Counted from the first letter of the stretch, positions 12,771 through 24,445 are shown. The stretch: DNA of 64,000 bases from an uncultured Gemmatimonadales bacterium (GCA_963730185.1 CAVSQW010000007.1:640001-704000), one strand, 5' to 3'. Made by a program: numbers and translations. Notes: a model not told the origin generated them from the sequence alone.

Positions 12771-13807
12771 ATGCGGACCGTGATCTGGGGCGCGGGCGCG
12801 ATCGGCGGGACCCTGGGCGCCTATCTCGCCCGGGCTGGCGACGACGTCACCTTGGTCGACACGGCGGCCGAGCACGTGGCGGCCATCACCCGCGACGGCC
12901 TCCGAATCACCGGGCCGATCGACGACTTCGCGGTCCGGCTGCCCGCCTTCACGCCGGACCGGGTCGCCGGCACCTGGGACGAGATCGTCCTCGCCACCAA
13001 GGCCCATCACACCGACGACGCCGTCCGGGCCCTGCGCCCGCATCTCGCCGCCAATGGCTCCGTGATCTCGGCCCAGAACGGGCTCAACGAGCTGGCGATC
13101 GCCGAGGTCGTGGGCGCGGAGCGCACGGTGGGAGCGTTCGTGAACTTCGGGGCCGACTACCTCGAGCCCGGCTTGATTCACTACGGCGGCCACGGGGCGG
13201 TGGTCCTGGGCGAGATCGACGGGCGACGCACCGATCGCATCGTCGCGATTCGCGACCGGTGGCACCACTTCAGCCCGGAGGCCGTCGTCACCTCCAATAT
13301 CTGGGGGTACCTCTGGGGGAAGGAGGCCGTACGGTGCGATGCTCTTCGCCACGGCGCTCACCGACGAGTCGATCGCCGACGCGCTGGCCCGGCCCGAGTA
13401 TCGGCCGGTGTACGTGGCTCTGGCGCGCGAGCTGCTCGCCGTGGCCCGGGCCCGGTCGTTCGGCTGGAGCGTTCGACGGTTTCGACCCGGCGCGTACCTG
13501 CCCGATGTGCCCCCGGGCGCGGCCGAGGCCTCCCTCGACGCGCATGGTGGCCCACAACCGTCGCTCGGCCAAGTCGCATAGCGGCATCTGGCGCGACCTC
13601 GCGGTGCGCAAGCGCCCCACGGAGGTCGACGCCCAGCTTGGCGATCGTGGTCCGGCGGGGGCGAGGCGGGCGTGCCGACCCCGCTCACCGCCCGCCTCAT
13701 CGAGCGGATCCACGAAGTCGAGAGGGGCGCGGGACCCGCTCGCTCGCCGACCTCGACGACCCTCGGAGTGCGCTCGCGGGCACCGCTCCGAGGAGCCGCC
13801 GTCATGA
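12771..13807 (+). CDS. Ketopantoate reductase family oxidoreductase (multiple frameshifts)
   Basis: IWGAGAIGG, LATKAH, SAQNGL, YLWGK; SGIWRDLAVRKRPTEVD in another frame. Confidence 0.8.
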
Positions 13808-14580
13808 ACGTCGATTTCTCCGGGCGGACCGTCGATCGTGACCGGCGCCGCCCACGGCTTCGGCCGGGCCATCGCCCTGGCCTTCGCGGCGCCCGGGGTG
13901 CCCAGGTCTGGGCCTGCGACGTCCTCGAGGACGAACTCGCGCCAGACCGAGGCCGTCGCGGTCGGGCGACCGGGGCTCGGCCGAGCCTTCGTCGCTCGAC
14001 GTGCGCGACCGGTCCGCCGTCGACGAGTGCGTCGCCGACGCAGTGGCGCGGGTCCGGGCACGGTGGACGTCCTGGTCAACAATGCGGGCGGCGTGCGGGG
14101 CCAGGTGGGCCGTCCGCTCGAAGCGGTGACCCCAGAGGAATGGCGGGCGATCTTCGACGTCAACGTCTCCGGCGCCTTCTACTTCTCCCAGGCCGTGGCG
14201 CCCGCGATGAAGGCGGCGCGGAGCGGGTCGGATCGTCAACATCTCGAGCGGCGCGGGCCTCGGGCATCAGCCTCACCGGGATCCAGGCGTATGCCTCGGC
14301 CAAGGCGGCCCAGATCGGCCTGACCCGTCAGCTGGCCCACGAGCTGGGACCGTGGGGCATTACGGTCAACAACATCGCGCCGGGGTTCGTGCGATCCAAT
14401 CCGACCACCGAGCGGCAGTGGCGGTCCTATGGCGACGAGGGGCAGCGCGCCCTGGTCGATGGATCGCGCTCAAGCGGCTTGGCGCCCCCGAGGACATCGC
14501 GCACGGCGTGCTGTTCTTCGCCTCGCGAGTACGCCGGCTGGATCACCGGCCAAGTTCTTTCGATCGACGGCGGCAAGTGA
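13804..14580 (+). CDS. SDR family oxidoreductase (multiple frameshifts)
   Basis: TGAAHGFG, VDVLVNNAGG, YASAK, VNNIAPG, WITGQVLSIDGG distributed across frames. Confidence 0.85.
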   Translation: MNVDFSGRTVDRDRRRPRLRPGHRPGLRGARGAQVWACDVLEDELAPDRGRRGRATGARPSLRRSTCATGPPSTSASPTQWRGSGHGGRPGQQCGRRAGPGGPSARSGDPRGMAGDLRRQRLRRLLLLPGRGARDEGGAERVGSSTSRAARASGISLTGIQAYASAKAAQIGLTRQLAHELGPWGITVNNIAPGFVRSNPTTERQWRSYGDEGQRALVDGSRSSGLAPPRTSRTACCSSPREYAGWITGQVLSIDGGK

Positions 14581-15960
14581 GGGCCGACGCCGCGGTGCTG
14601 AAGCACCTCCGGGCCAACCACGACCGGATTCTTGCCCGGCTGGTGGAGTTCGCCTCGATCCCGAGCGTCGGTACCGACCCCGCTCACGCCGGAGACATCG
14701 ACCGGGCCGCCCGCTGGGTGGCCGACGAGGCTGGCCGCCGCCGGGCCGTTCTCGGTGCGGCTCCTCCCCACCGGCGGCAATCCGGTCGTTTACGCCGAAT
14801 GGCTCGGCGCCCCCGGTCGGCCGACGGTGCTGGTGTACGGGCACTACGACGTGCAGCCGCCGGACCCGCTCGAGAAGCTGGCTCACGCCGCCCTGGACGC
14901 CGACCCTCCGTGACGGCCGCCTCTACGGCCGCGGCGTCGTCCGACGACAAGGGGCCGATGCTGATCCCGATCGCCGTGGCCGGAGCGTACTTCGCCGCGG
15001 CCGGCGCTCCGCCGGTCAATCTCAAGTTCCTCTTCGAGGGCGAGGAAGAGGTCGGGAGCCGCCATCTCGAGGCCTTCGTGCGCGAGCACCGAGAGCTGCT
15101 CGCCGCCGACTTGGTCGTGTCGGCCGACGGCGCGATGTGGCGGGTCGACGAGCCCTCGATCACCGTGTCCAGCCGGGGCATCTGCGGGCTCGAGTTCACC
15201 CTGACCGGCGCCGCCAAGGATCTCCACTCCGGCCGTCACGGCGGGGGCGTGGCCAATCCGCTCCACGCCATGGCGACCTGGTCGCGTCGCTGCACGACGC
15301 CGAGGGCCGGGTGGCCGTGGCCGGGTTCTACGACGAAGTGCGGGAGCTCCGGCCCGACGAGCGGGCCGCCCTGGCCGCCTTGCCCTTCGACGAGAATGCC
15401 TACCTGGCCCAGGTCGGAGCGCCCGCCCCCTTCGGCGAGCCGGGCTACACCACCCTCGAGCGCCAGTGGACCCGGCCCACGCTCGAGGTCAACGGCATGT
15501 GGGGCGGCTACCTCGGGCCGGGCAAAAGACCGTGATCCCGAGCGAGGCCCACGCGAAGCTCACCTGCCGGTTGGTGGCGGACCAGGATCCGAACACGGTG
15601 CTGGCCGGGGTCCGCCGGCACCTCGAGGCCCACCTGCCTCCGGGCACGCCGGCTTTCCGTGGCCGTGGCGGATCACGGTACGCCCCGCGGGGCACATTCC
15701 GGCCGACCATCCGGCCCTCGCCGGCGCCGGGTCCGCCCTGGAAGCGACCTACGGTGTCCGCGCCGCTGGTCGTGCGGATGGGCGGGACCGTTCCGATCTC
15801 GGCCCTGTTCCAGCGCCATCTCGGGCTCGCGACCGTGTTCTTCTCGTTCTCGACGGCGGACGAGGACTTTCACGCGCCCAACGAGTTCTTCCGGGTCCAC
15901 CGGCTCCACGAGGGGCTCGAGGCCTGGGCCCGGTACTGGGCCATCCTGAGCGGGGCATGA
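14577..15960 (+). CDS. M20 family dipeptidase/deacylase (multiple frameshifts)
   Basis: [34 protein letters not shown]. Confidence 0.88.
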
Positions 15961-17431
15961 CCGGGGAGGCGGAAGGCCGTCGGCGGATCCGGCGGCCGGC
16001 CCACCGGCCGGGCTGGCCCGGGCCGAGGCGGACGTCGAGGCGCACAGCGCGGCGCTCAAGAAGGAGCTCGGGGTTCGCGACCTCGCCCTGACTCAGATCC
16101 TCTTCATCGTCGGCCTCACCTGGATCGGCGTCGCCGGCAAGCTCGGCTCCTCTCATCTCGTCTTCTGGCTCCTCGCCCTCGCCCTCTTCTATCTCCCCTC
16201 GGCGGCGGTGGTGATCTACCTCAACCGGCTGATGCCGCTCGAAGGCGGGCTCTACCAGTGGGCCAAGCTCGGCTTCAACGAGACCGTCGGGTTCCTGCTG
16301 GCCTGGAACCTCTGGCTCTACGTGATCGTCTTCACGTCCGAGATCGGCCTCCAGTGCACGACCTACCTCTCCTATGCGATCGGTCCGAGCGCCGCGTGGA
16401 TGACCACCAGCAGCTGGTTCGTCGCCCTGGCCTCGGCGGCGCTGCTGGCGCTGATGGTGGTTACCGCCACCATCGGCCTGTCGGTGGGCAAGTGGGTGCA
16501 CAACACCGGCGGCGTCTTCATGATCGCGATCTTCGGGGCGGTGGTCCTGGTCCCCGTGGTCGGCCTCCTGACCGGACGGCTGGCCGAGTACCATCCCTTC
16601 CGCACCAAGCTTCCCGAGCTCTCGCTCTACAACCTGAACATTCTGGGGAAGATGGGCTTCGGCGCCCTGGGCGGGTTCGAGTACATGGCCATCCTGGCCG
16701 GTGAAACCCGATCGCCGGTGCGATCGGTCAAGCGGTCGGTGGTGATCGCCGCCCCGGTCATCGCCTTGATGTTCGTATTGGGCACCAGCACCGTGGTGGC
16801 CTACGTGCCCCACGACGACATCGACCTGATCGGCCCGGTGGCCCAGGTACTCCGGATCGGATACGGCGCGTTCGGCTTCGCCACGCCCCTGGTGACCCTG
16901 GCGATCCTGATGACGCTGGCCATGCGGGTGGGGCAGGCCAGCGTGGCGTTCACCGCGGTGGCCCGCCTCCCGATGGTGGCCGGGTGGGACCGCTTGCTGC
17001 CGCCCTGGTTCAGCCGCCTGCATCCGGCCCACAAGACGCCGGTGAACTCGATTCGCCTGGTCGGGATCGCCTCGCTGGTGATCGCCTCGCTGAGTCTGGT
17101 CGGAGTGGGACAGGCGGAGGCCTTCCAGCTGCTCTTCAACGCGAGCGGGATCTTCTACGCGCTCTGCTACGTGGTGATGTTCGCGATCCCGCTGTTCGGG
17201 CTCCGGACCGTCACACCGCGGCCGCCCCGGTGGCTCCAGCTCGCGGCCTGGTCCGGTCTGCTGATGACGGTCCTCTACATCGTGCTCTCGATCTTCCCGA
17301 TCATCACGGTCACGAGCGTCTTCACCTTCGCGCTCAAGATCACCGGGCTGATCGTGGCCATGAACCTGGTGGGGATCGGGATCCTCCGCTCGGCGAACCG
17401 GCGGCGGGGCGCGGCGGCAACCGCCGTCTGA
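15957..17431 (+). CDS. APC family amino acid permease (frameshift near 16040)
   Basis: LKKELGVRDLALTQILFIVG, EGGLYQW, GFEY...AGET, RLHPAHKTPVN; about 12 hydrophobic segments. Confidence 0.88.
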
Positions 17432-17478
17432 CCGCGGGCCCGGACTGGCCAACCCCGGGGCGGTGCCTATCTTGAGGG

Positions 17479-17649
17479 ATGACCAAGTCCCCCGTCGATC
17501 CACCCGAGGATCCCAATCTCGCGGCCTTCCGGGCGATTCTGGCCCGGAAGAAGGCCGCCCGAGCGGACGGGCCGAAGCCCGGTCCGACGACCGATAAGGC
17601 CAAGCGTCAGAAGCCGCGTCCCAAGGAGCGGATGCGCCGTCGTCCCTGA
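17479..17649 (+). CDS. Small basic protein (56 aa), not in ORF track
   Basis: MTKSPVDPPEDPNLAAFRAILARKKAARADGPKPGPTTDKAKRQKPRPKERMRRRP*; GC3-biased codons; fills the intergenic gap. Confidence 0.6.
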   Translation: MTKSPVDPPEDPNLAAFRAILARKKAARADGPKPGPTTDKAKRQKPRPKERMRRRP

Positions 17650-17700
17650 GGCCGGGCCGAGGCCCTGCTCTGGTAGTCACCTTCGCATAGGGGGGTCTTC

Positions 17701-18348
17701 ATGAAACGGTCGTCGATGGCGGTCGTGGCAGCGCTCGTGGCGCTCGGCTGCGGCAAGAAAGACCAGACCCCGAACGTGGTCAGCGCCATGGCCAAGGCCG
17801 TGGCCGCTGCTCCGAAGGTGGAGGCGGCGATGGCGGACGCCGAAACGTTCCAGAAGGAGCGGGTCGCCAAAGGAGACACGGTCGCCATTCCCTACGGCGA
17901 CCTCCAGCAGTACCTCCCGACCTCGGTCGATGGCTACACCGCGGACGGGAATCCCTCCGGCAGCCAGCAGGCCATGCCCGGATTCTCGATGTCGCAGACC
18001 GAGCAGACCTGGGTCGCGCCCGCCGACGCGGATGGCAACACGCCCGAGGTCCAGGTCACCCTGGTCGACTTCGGCGGGACCGAGCAGGGCTACGCGATGA
18101 TGGCGGCGCCGATGATGATGAGCTACAGCCAGGAGGACGACCACCAGCGGGTCGGGTCGACCTCGATCGACGTGCCCTACACGGGCGCCTGGATGGAGTT
18201 CGACAAGGACGACAAGAATGCCAAGGTCACCGCGATCACCCGCTATCGGTTCGTGATTACGGTCGAGGCCCGCAACCAGAGCGAGGATCAGTCGGCGATG
18301 GTGAAGCGGCTGGCGGCCGAGATCGCGAAGAAGTTCGAGGGCAAGTAG
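17701..18348 (+). CDS. Hypothetical lipoprotein
   Basis: MKRSS + hydrophobic stretch + LVALG|C lipobox; strong codon bias. Confidence 0.8.
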   Translation: MKRSSMAVVAALVALGCGKKDQTPNVVSAMAKAVAAAPKVEAAMADAETFQKERVAKGDTVAIPYGDLQQYLPTSVDGYTADGNPSGSQQAMPGFSMSQTEQTWVAPADADGNTPEVQVTLVDFGGTEQGYAMMAAPMMMSYSQEDDHQRVGSTSIDVPYTGAWMEFDKDDKNAKVTAITRYRFVITVEARNQSEDQSAMVKRLAAEIAKKFEGK

Positions 18349-18365
18349 CGGGTTACCAACCGCGG

Positions 18366-18971
18366 TCAGCGGAGCCGTTCCAGGTCGAAGGGGTGATCCA
18401 CGTCGGGGTTGTCTCCGTCGAGCCACACCTCCTTCCAACGCACCCGCTGACGCTCGGTCGTGAGGTGGAAGGACTCGCTTCCCTCGATCCGATGGACCAT
18501 CCCGAAGTGGTAGCGCCCGATGTACGCCGGGTGGCTCACCGGGTCCGCGTACCCGTTGTACCGTGCCCGCACCAGCGCTTGGGGCGAGCCGCCGGCGGCC
18601 TCGACGACGGCCTGGACGGCGTGGCGGGTCACCATCGGCTGGTCGGCCAGGAGGACGACCACGCCCTCGGTGCCGGGGTGGACGGCGCTGACGGCCAGCT
18701 GGAGGCTGGCCGAGATCGGCTGCTCCAAAGCCGGGTGGAGCACCCGGCATCCGTCGGCGACCGCCAGGCTCTTGATCCGGGTTTCGCCGGCCGGGGCGAT
18801 CACCAGGACCTCGTTCACGACCCCGGCGTGCCAGGCGTTGGTGGCGGCGCTGATCACGTGCTCGATCAGGGTGCGGCCCCGCCATTCGGCCAGGAGCTTG
18901 TTGCGGTTGGCCCCGAAGCGGTGGTCGGAGCCCGCGGCGAGCACGACGGCCGAGACGTTCGCGGCGGCCAT
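18366..18971 (-). CDS. MobA/MocA-like nucleotidyltransferase (NTP_transf_3)
   Basis: VVLAAGSDHRFG...KLL, VLLADQP, HPAYI, DVDHP. Confidence 0.85.
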   Translation of the reverse strand: MAAANVSAVVLAAGSDHRFGANRNKLLAEWRGRTLIEHVISAATNAWHAGVVNEVLVIAPAGETRIKSLAVADGCRVLHPALEQPISASLQLAVSAVHPGTEGVVVLLADQPMVTRHAVQAVVEAAGGSPQALVRARYNGYADPVSHPAYIGRYHFGMVHRIEGSESFHLTTERQRVRWKEVWLDGDNPDVDHPFDLERLR

Positions 18972-18973
18972 GG

Positions 18974-20368
18974 CTAGAGGAGCGTCCCGCGGAGCAGCAG
19001 CGCGGCCACCGAGAAGTAGATCACCAGCCCGGTGACGTCGACGAGGGTGGCCACGAACGGGGCCGACGCGCTCGCCGGGTCGAAGCCCAGGCGGCGGAGC
19101 AGGAACGGGAGCATCGATCCGGCCATCGACCCGAACGTCACCACGCCGACCAGCGCGGTCCCCACGGTGAGCGCCACCAGCAGGAAGTGCGCGCCGTAGT
19201 CGTACCACCCGAGCCCCTGCCATACCAAGATCCGGAGCACCCCGATGCTCCCCAGGATCGAGCCGAGGGCCAGACCCGCCGGCAGCTCCCGGAAGGCGAC
19301 CCGCCACCAGTCCTTGAGCGTCACCTCCTTGAGCGCCATCGCCCGGATGATGAGCGAGGTGGCTTGCGAGCCCGAGTTGCCGCCCGAGCTGATGATCAAC
19401 GGAATGAACAGGGCCAGCACGACGGCTCGCTCGATCTCGTGCTCGAACCGACCCATGGCCGTGGCGGTGAGCATCTCGCTCAGAAAGAGCACCGTGAGCC
19501 ATCCCGCCCGCTTCTTCACCATGTCCAGGAAGCCGATGTCCCGGTAGGGCTCGTCGAGCGCCTCCATGCCGCCGAACTTCTGGACGTCCTCCGTCTGCTC
19601 GCTGACCAGGGCGTCGATCACGTCGTCCACCGTCACGATCCCGAGCACTTTCCGGTGTAGGTCGACGACCGGCACGGCGAGGAGGTCGTAGCGGGAGATC
19701 AGACGAGCCACGTCTTCCCGGTCGGTTTCGGGCGCCACCGTGAGCGGGGGCCGGGGGTCGCCGATCTCGCCCACCGGCTGCGCCCCGTCCGCGGTGAGCA
19801 GCTCCCGGAGCGAGACCACGTGCTCGAGGGTCTGATCCGCCGGGCTGAGGACGTAGACGGCGTAGACCGTCTCCTTCGCCTCTCCCACCGCCTTGATGTG
19901 CGCCAAGGCCTGCTCGGCGGTCCAGGTGGCGGGCAGGGAGACGAACTCGGTCGTCATGATCCCGCCCGCCGTGTGGGGCGGATAGCGGAGGAGCAGGGCG
20001 ACGTTGTCGCGGGTCGGTTGGTCGGCGAGCCGGAGCAGGCGCTCGCGATCCTCGTCGCTGGCCTCGCCGAGGAGGTCGGCCTGCTGATCGGCCGCGAGCC
20101 CGGCGAAGAACTTGGCCGCCTTGGCGTCGTCGAGGTGGCGGAGAAGCTCGACCCGTTGGTGCCCCAGCTCAGGCTCGTCCAGCAGGGCGATCGCGAGGTC
20201 CGCCGGAAGCTGGCTGATGATCCGGGCCGCCTGCTCCGGCGGGAGCTCCCGGAGCGGCGCCGCCAGGTCCACCGGCTGGAGACCCGCCACGGCCTCGGCC
20301 AGATCGTCCGGGTCGTGGGCGAGCAGCAGCAGCAGCTCGGCTGTGGGCTTGGAGTCGAGTATGGGCAT
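18974..20368 (-). CDS. mgtE: Magnesium transporter MgtE
   Basis: MgtE N-domain; YPPHTAGGIMTTEF; CBS pair; FIPLIISSGGNSGSQ; DPASASAPFVATLVDVTG. Confidence 0.95.
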   Translation of the reverse strand: MPILDSKPTAELLLLLAHDPDDLAEAVAGLQPVDLAAPLRELPPEQAARIISQLPADLAIALLDEPELGHQRVELLRHLDDAKAAKFFAGLAADQQADLLGEASDEDRERLLRLADQPTRDNVALLLRYPPHTAGGIMTTEFVSLPATWTAEQALAHIKAVGEAKETVYAVYVLSPADQTLEHVVSLRELLTADGAQPVGEIGDPRPPLTVAPETDREDVARLISRYDLLAVPVVDLHRKVLGIVTVDDVIDALVSEQTEDVQKFGGMEALDEPYRDIGFLDMVKKRAGWLTVLFLSEMLTATAMGRFEHEIERAVVLALFIPLIISSGGNSGSQATSLIIRAMALKEVTLKDWWRVAFRELPAGLALGSILGSIGVLRILVWQGLGWYDYGAHFLLVALTVGTALVGVVTFGSMAGSMLPFLLRRLGFDPASASAPFVATLVDVTGLVIYFSVAALLLRGTLL

Positions 20369-20551
20369 ACGACAGCCAGAGGGCGGGAAGGCCTGGAACT
20401 CGGACCACGGCCGGGGGCCGTGGCGGGGAGCGGGTGGAGCTTGGCCCCGCGGGCTCTCTCGGTCAAGGCGCGCGGGTCGTGAGTCGGTCTCCTCCTGGAT
20501 CCCCGACCGGGTCGCGCTACCCCGCCGAAGGCCGACCACGTACTCTCCGGG

Positions 20552-21616
20552 GTGCCTTCCGCCTCTCGCCCCGCCGACATCGACCGCGCCCGCGACCTGG
20601 TGCTCCGCTATGGCTGGCACCCCAGCGCGTATCAGATCCTCAACCCGGGCATCCGGCTCTGGTTCGCGACCGCCGGCGACGCGGTGGTGGGCTATACCGA
20701 CCACGGGCGGGTCCGGGTCGCGGCCGGAGAGCCGGTCTGCCCGGCGGAGCGGCTGGGCGCCGTGGCGGCCGAGTTCGAGGCGGCCACCGGTGCCGAGCAC
20801 CGCCGAGTCTGCTACCTCGCGGCCGAAGCCCGGCTCGGTGAGCTGCTGAACGACGCCCCCGGGTACTCGAGCGTGGTGCTGGGAGCGCACCCGGTCCTTC
20901 GGCCGAGTCGGTGGGCCGAGACGCTCCGCAGCCACGCGTCGCTCCGGGCCCAGCTCAATCGCGCTCGAAACAAGGGGGTCACGATCGAGGAGTGGTCGTC
21001 CGCCCGGGCCACCGAGAGCCCTGAGCTCCGCGAGTGTCTGGCCCGATGGCTGGGCTCGCGTGGCCTCCCGCCGCTCCACTTCCTGGTCGAAACCGAGACT
21101 CTGGCCCATCTCGTGGACCGGCGGGTGTTCGTCGCCGAGGGGGCGGGCGGCGTGGTGGGGTTCGTCGTGGCCTCGCCGATCCCGCTCCGCGATGGGTGGC
21201 TGGTGGAGCAGGTGGTCCGGATCCCGGAGGCGCCGAACGGAACGGCCGAGCTCACGATCGACGCGGCGGTCCGGACGTTCGAGGCCGAGGGATCCGACCA
21301 CGTGGCGTTAGGGGTGGCGCCCCTGTCCGAGCGGGCCGGCCGCTCCGACGTGGGCCCCGGTCTCCGCCTGGTGCTCGCCTGGGTGCGGGCCCATTCGCGG
21401 CGCTTCTACAACTTTTCGGGGCTCGAGGCCTTCAAGGCCAAGTTCGATCCGGCCTGGTGGGAGCCGGTCTACGCGATCTCCCGCGAGCCGACCTTCTCGT
21501 TCGGGACCCTCTGGGCCATCTCGGGCGCCTATTGCGGCGGGTCGCCTCTCCTCACGGGCGTGAAGGCGGTCGGGTACGCCGTCCGCCAGGAGGCGGCGTG
21601 GCTGCGCCGACGATGA
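20552..21616 (+). CDS. DUF2156 / aminoacyl-phosphatidylglycerol synthase C-terminal-like protein (stand-alone)
   Basis: AAGEPVC, LNRARNKG, APNGTAE, LGVAPLS, FYNFSGLEAFKAKFDP..WEPVY. Confidence 0.85.
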   Translation: MPSASRPADIDRARDLVLRYGWHPSAYQILNPGIRLWFATAGDAVVGYTDHGRVRVAAGEPVCPAERLGAVAAEFEAATGAEHRRVCYLAAEARLGELLNDAPGYSSVVLGAHPVLRPSRWAETLRSHASLRAQLNRARNKGVTIEEWSSARATESPELRECLARWLGSRGLPPLHFLVETETLAHLVDRRVFVAEGAGGVVGFVVASPIPLRDGWLVEQVVRIPEAPNGTAELTIDAAVRTFEAEGSDHVALGVAPLSERAGRSDVGPGLRLVLAWVRAHSRRFYNFSGLEAFKAKFDPAWWEPVYAISREPTFSFGTLWAISGAYCGGSPLLTGVKAVGYAVRQEAAWLRRR

Positions 21617-21662
21617 CCGGAGCCGCCGCCGGCATCCTGGCCGGCGGCGGCCCCGCCCGCGA

Positions 21663-24072
21663 TCACTCGGAGCGGAGAATGCCGGCCGGATCGGTCCGGG
21701 CCGCCTGGCGCGCCGGCCGGTGGGCCGCGAGGAGCGAGATCAGCAGCAAGCCGGCCGCGACCAGACCGTAGCTGAGCGGATCGGTGCTCCGGACCCCGGC
21801 GAGGAGCGGGCTCAGGAAGCGGCGGATCGCCAGGGCGCCGAGGGCCCCGAGCAGGATGCCGGCCGTGCCGAGCAGCAGGCCTTCCCGGAGGACCCCGCCG
21901 GTGATCCGCTCGCGGGGCGCCCCCAGCGCCATCCGGATGGCGATTTCCCGCCGCCGCCGGGCCACGAGGAACGCGATCACGCCGTAGAGCCCGATCCCCG
22001 CCACCAGCAGCGTGAAGAGCCCATATCCCCCGACCAGCACCACCGTGAACCGGGGGCTCACCAGCAGTCGATCGGCCGCCTGGTTCAGGGTGCGGAGACT
22101 GCCGATCTGCATGTCCGGGCTCGCCGCGGCCAGCCGCTGCTCCAACGAGCGCGCCACCAGGGCCGGATCGCCGGTGGTCCGGAGCACCAGGTACGACCCC
22201 AGCCGGAGGTTCTGAGCGAAGGGCCAGAAGATCTCCGGCTCGATCGCCGTTCCGGCTTTCCAGGGCGCCACGTCGGCCACCACGCCCACGACCTCGAAGG
22301 TCGGTCCGTCGCTCAAGATCCAGCGCACCGTCTTGCCGATCGGATTCTCGCCCGGCCAGGCTCGCCGGGCAAAGGTCTCGTTGACCACCGCGACCTTGGG
22401 TGCTCCGGGCCGGTCGGTGTCGCCGATATCGCGACCCCGCACCACTGGGAGGCCCAAGGTGGCGAAGTAGTCGGGGCCGACGTCGTGCCAGAGCGCGGCA
22501 AACCGGGCGTCGTCCGAGGCGCCGACCGGCTGGAACGAACCGGGTTCGGTCCCGCCGAAGAGTGGGCCCGACGACGCTTGGCTCACCCGGGCGACCCCGG
22601 GCACGGCGGCCGCTTCCGCCCGAAGCCGGTCGAACGTCCCGAGCAGTGCCTCGTTGCCGGAGACTTGGCTGGGCGGGAGGAGGGTCCACACCACGGCCAC
22701 GTGGTCGTAGTCGAACCCCGGGCTCCACCGGAGATAGCTGACGAACGACCGCCCGAGGAGCACGGCCCCCACCAGCAACGTGGTGGCCAGCGCCAGCTCC
22801 GCGATCACCAGTCCCCGCTGGAGCAGGGGCCGCCCGCCCGGGCCGCCGCTCGGGCCCGCCGTTCGCAGCGCGTTCGAAAGGTCGCGACGGGCCGAACGGA
22901 GGATCGGCGCCAGCGCAATCGCCAGGGTGAGTCCGACCGCCCCCACCAGCGACCAGATCAGGATCCGCGGCTCGACCGAGATCTCTGCCAATCGGGGGAT
23001 GTTCGACGGCGCGAGCCGCACGAAGCTCCGGGTGAGCCAAGGGGCCAGCACCGCCCCCACCCCCGCGCCGGCCAGGGCGATGAGCGCCGCCTCGGTGAGG
23101 AGGAGGAGCGCGATCCGGCCCTGGCTTCCGCCGAGCGCTTCGCGGACCGCGATCTCCCGGGCCCGATCCCACCAGCGGACCAGGAGCAGGATGGAGAGAT
23201 TCACGACTGCAATCAGCACGGCGAGGACGGTGGCACCCAGGAATGCGAGGAGCGCCGGGCGGGCGCTGCCGACCACCGCGTCGTGCAGGGGGCGCAAGGT
23301 GACGCCCCATCCCCGATTGGTCTCGGGATGCGCCACCGCGATTCGGCGATCGATGGTCTCGAGCTCGCTCAGCGCGACCGATCGATCCGCACCCGGCGCC
23401 AACCGCCCCACCACCTCGAAGCCCCGCCAGTCGCGGCGGGCCTCGTCCCGCGGGTCGAACGGGAGCGGAATCCAGACCTCGGTCTCTTCGAGCAGGGGGA
23501 CCGCGAGGCCGGCCGGCAGCACCCCGATCACGGTATAGGTGGAGTCGTCGAGCACCAGGGTGGCCCCGACCGGCGACGGGTGATCGGCCAGCGCGGCGTC
23601 GGACAAAGGCCTGGCTTACGATCGCGACCCTCGGCGCGCCACCGCCGACATCCGTCGGCGCGAAGGTCCGGCCGTCGGCGACCGAGATCCCCAGCGTTCG
23701 AAACCAGCCGGGCGTGGCCAGCGCGCCGCGAACGCCGCGGCTTCTCCCGTCGAGACGCCGGGTCAGGGGCCAGTCGCGGGCCAACCCGAGCGAGGTGAAG
23801 GTCCGCGCCTGGTCGGTCCAGTCCATCAGGTCGGGCGGCGAGGCGACACAGAAGCCGGCGACGCTCGGGTGCACCTCGCAGATCGAGACCAGCCGGTCCG
23901 GGTCGGCCACCGGCAGCGGACGGCTCAGCACCGAGGTCACGATACTCACCATCGACGCCATCGCTCCGACCGCGAGTCCCAGGGTGGCGATCGCCGCCAC
24001 GGCGAAGCCGGGCCGCCGGGTGATGCTGCGTTTGGCGATCCGAATGTCGAGGATCCGATCGCGCCAGGCCAT
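21663..24072 (-). CDS. ADOP/MacB-type duplicated ABC permease (frameshift near 23607)
   Basis: RRPGFAVAAIATLGLAVGA; REIAVREALG; LVIAELALATTLLVGAVL; RRREIAIRMALGA; PARQAARTDP...LRSE. Confidence 0.9.
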
Positions 24073-24429
24073 GCGGAGCTCAACGGATGGAGATGTCGTC
24101 GAAGAAGGGAAGTTCCATGCCGCTCGGGCCGCCTGGGCAAGCGGTTGCGTGGCAATCCGTTGCGTGGTCCTTGGCTGGGCTGGCGACGGGCGGAGGTGTC
24201 CGATCGTGGGACGCCCGGCACGGATCCGAACAGGGAGGGGATCACTCGCTAATGCCGGCTTCACGAAGCGACGGGGCCCGCGCATTTCGCGGCGGCGGGA
24301 TCGGACGCGGCCTCGTCGCTAACCTGAATCCTCCACCTGAGTGGGGATTGGGACGCCAGGCATTGCACCGCGGCCGGGGTGGCGTGTCGATCGGGTTGGC
24401 GGGTCTGCAGAGCCCTGCGCCATCGGCCG

Positions 24430-24445
24430 TGGTGCCGCGCTTGCA
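24430..24445 (+). promoter_or_regulatory. Putative sigma54 promoter of Rieske gene
   Basis: TGGTGCCGCGCTTGCA, GG-N10-GC with TTGCA, about 60 bp before GTG 24507. Confidence 0.55.

Noticed and set aside
12771..15960. Pseudogenes or programmed frameshifting
   Set aside because: Motifs are intact and indels are scattered without consistent slippery sites; sequencing error is more parsimonious.
20369..20551. Mg2+ (M-box) riboswitch upstream of mgtE
   Set aside because: No recognisable conserved sequence by eye; needs an Infernal/Rfam search.
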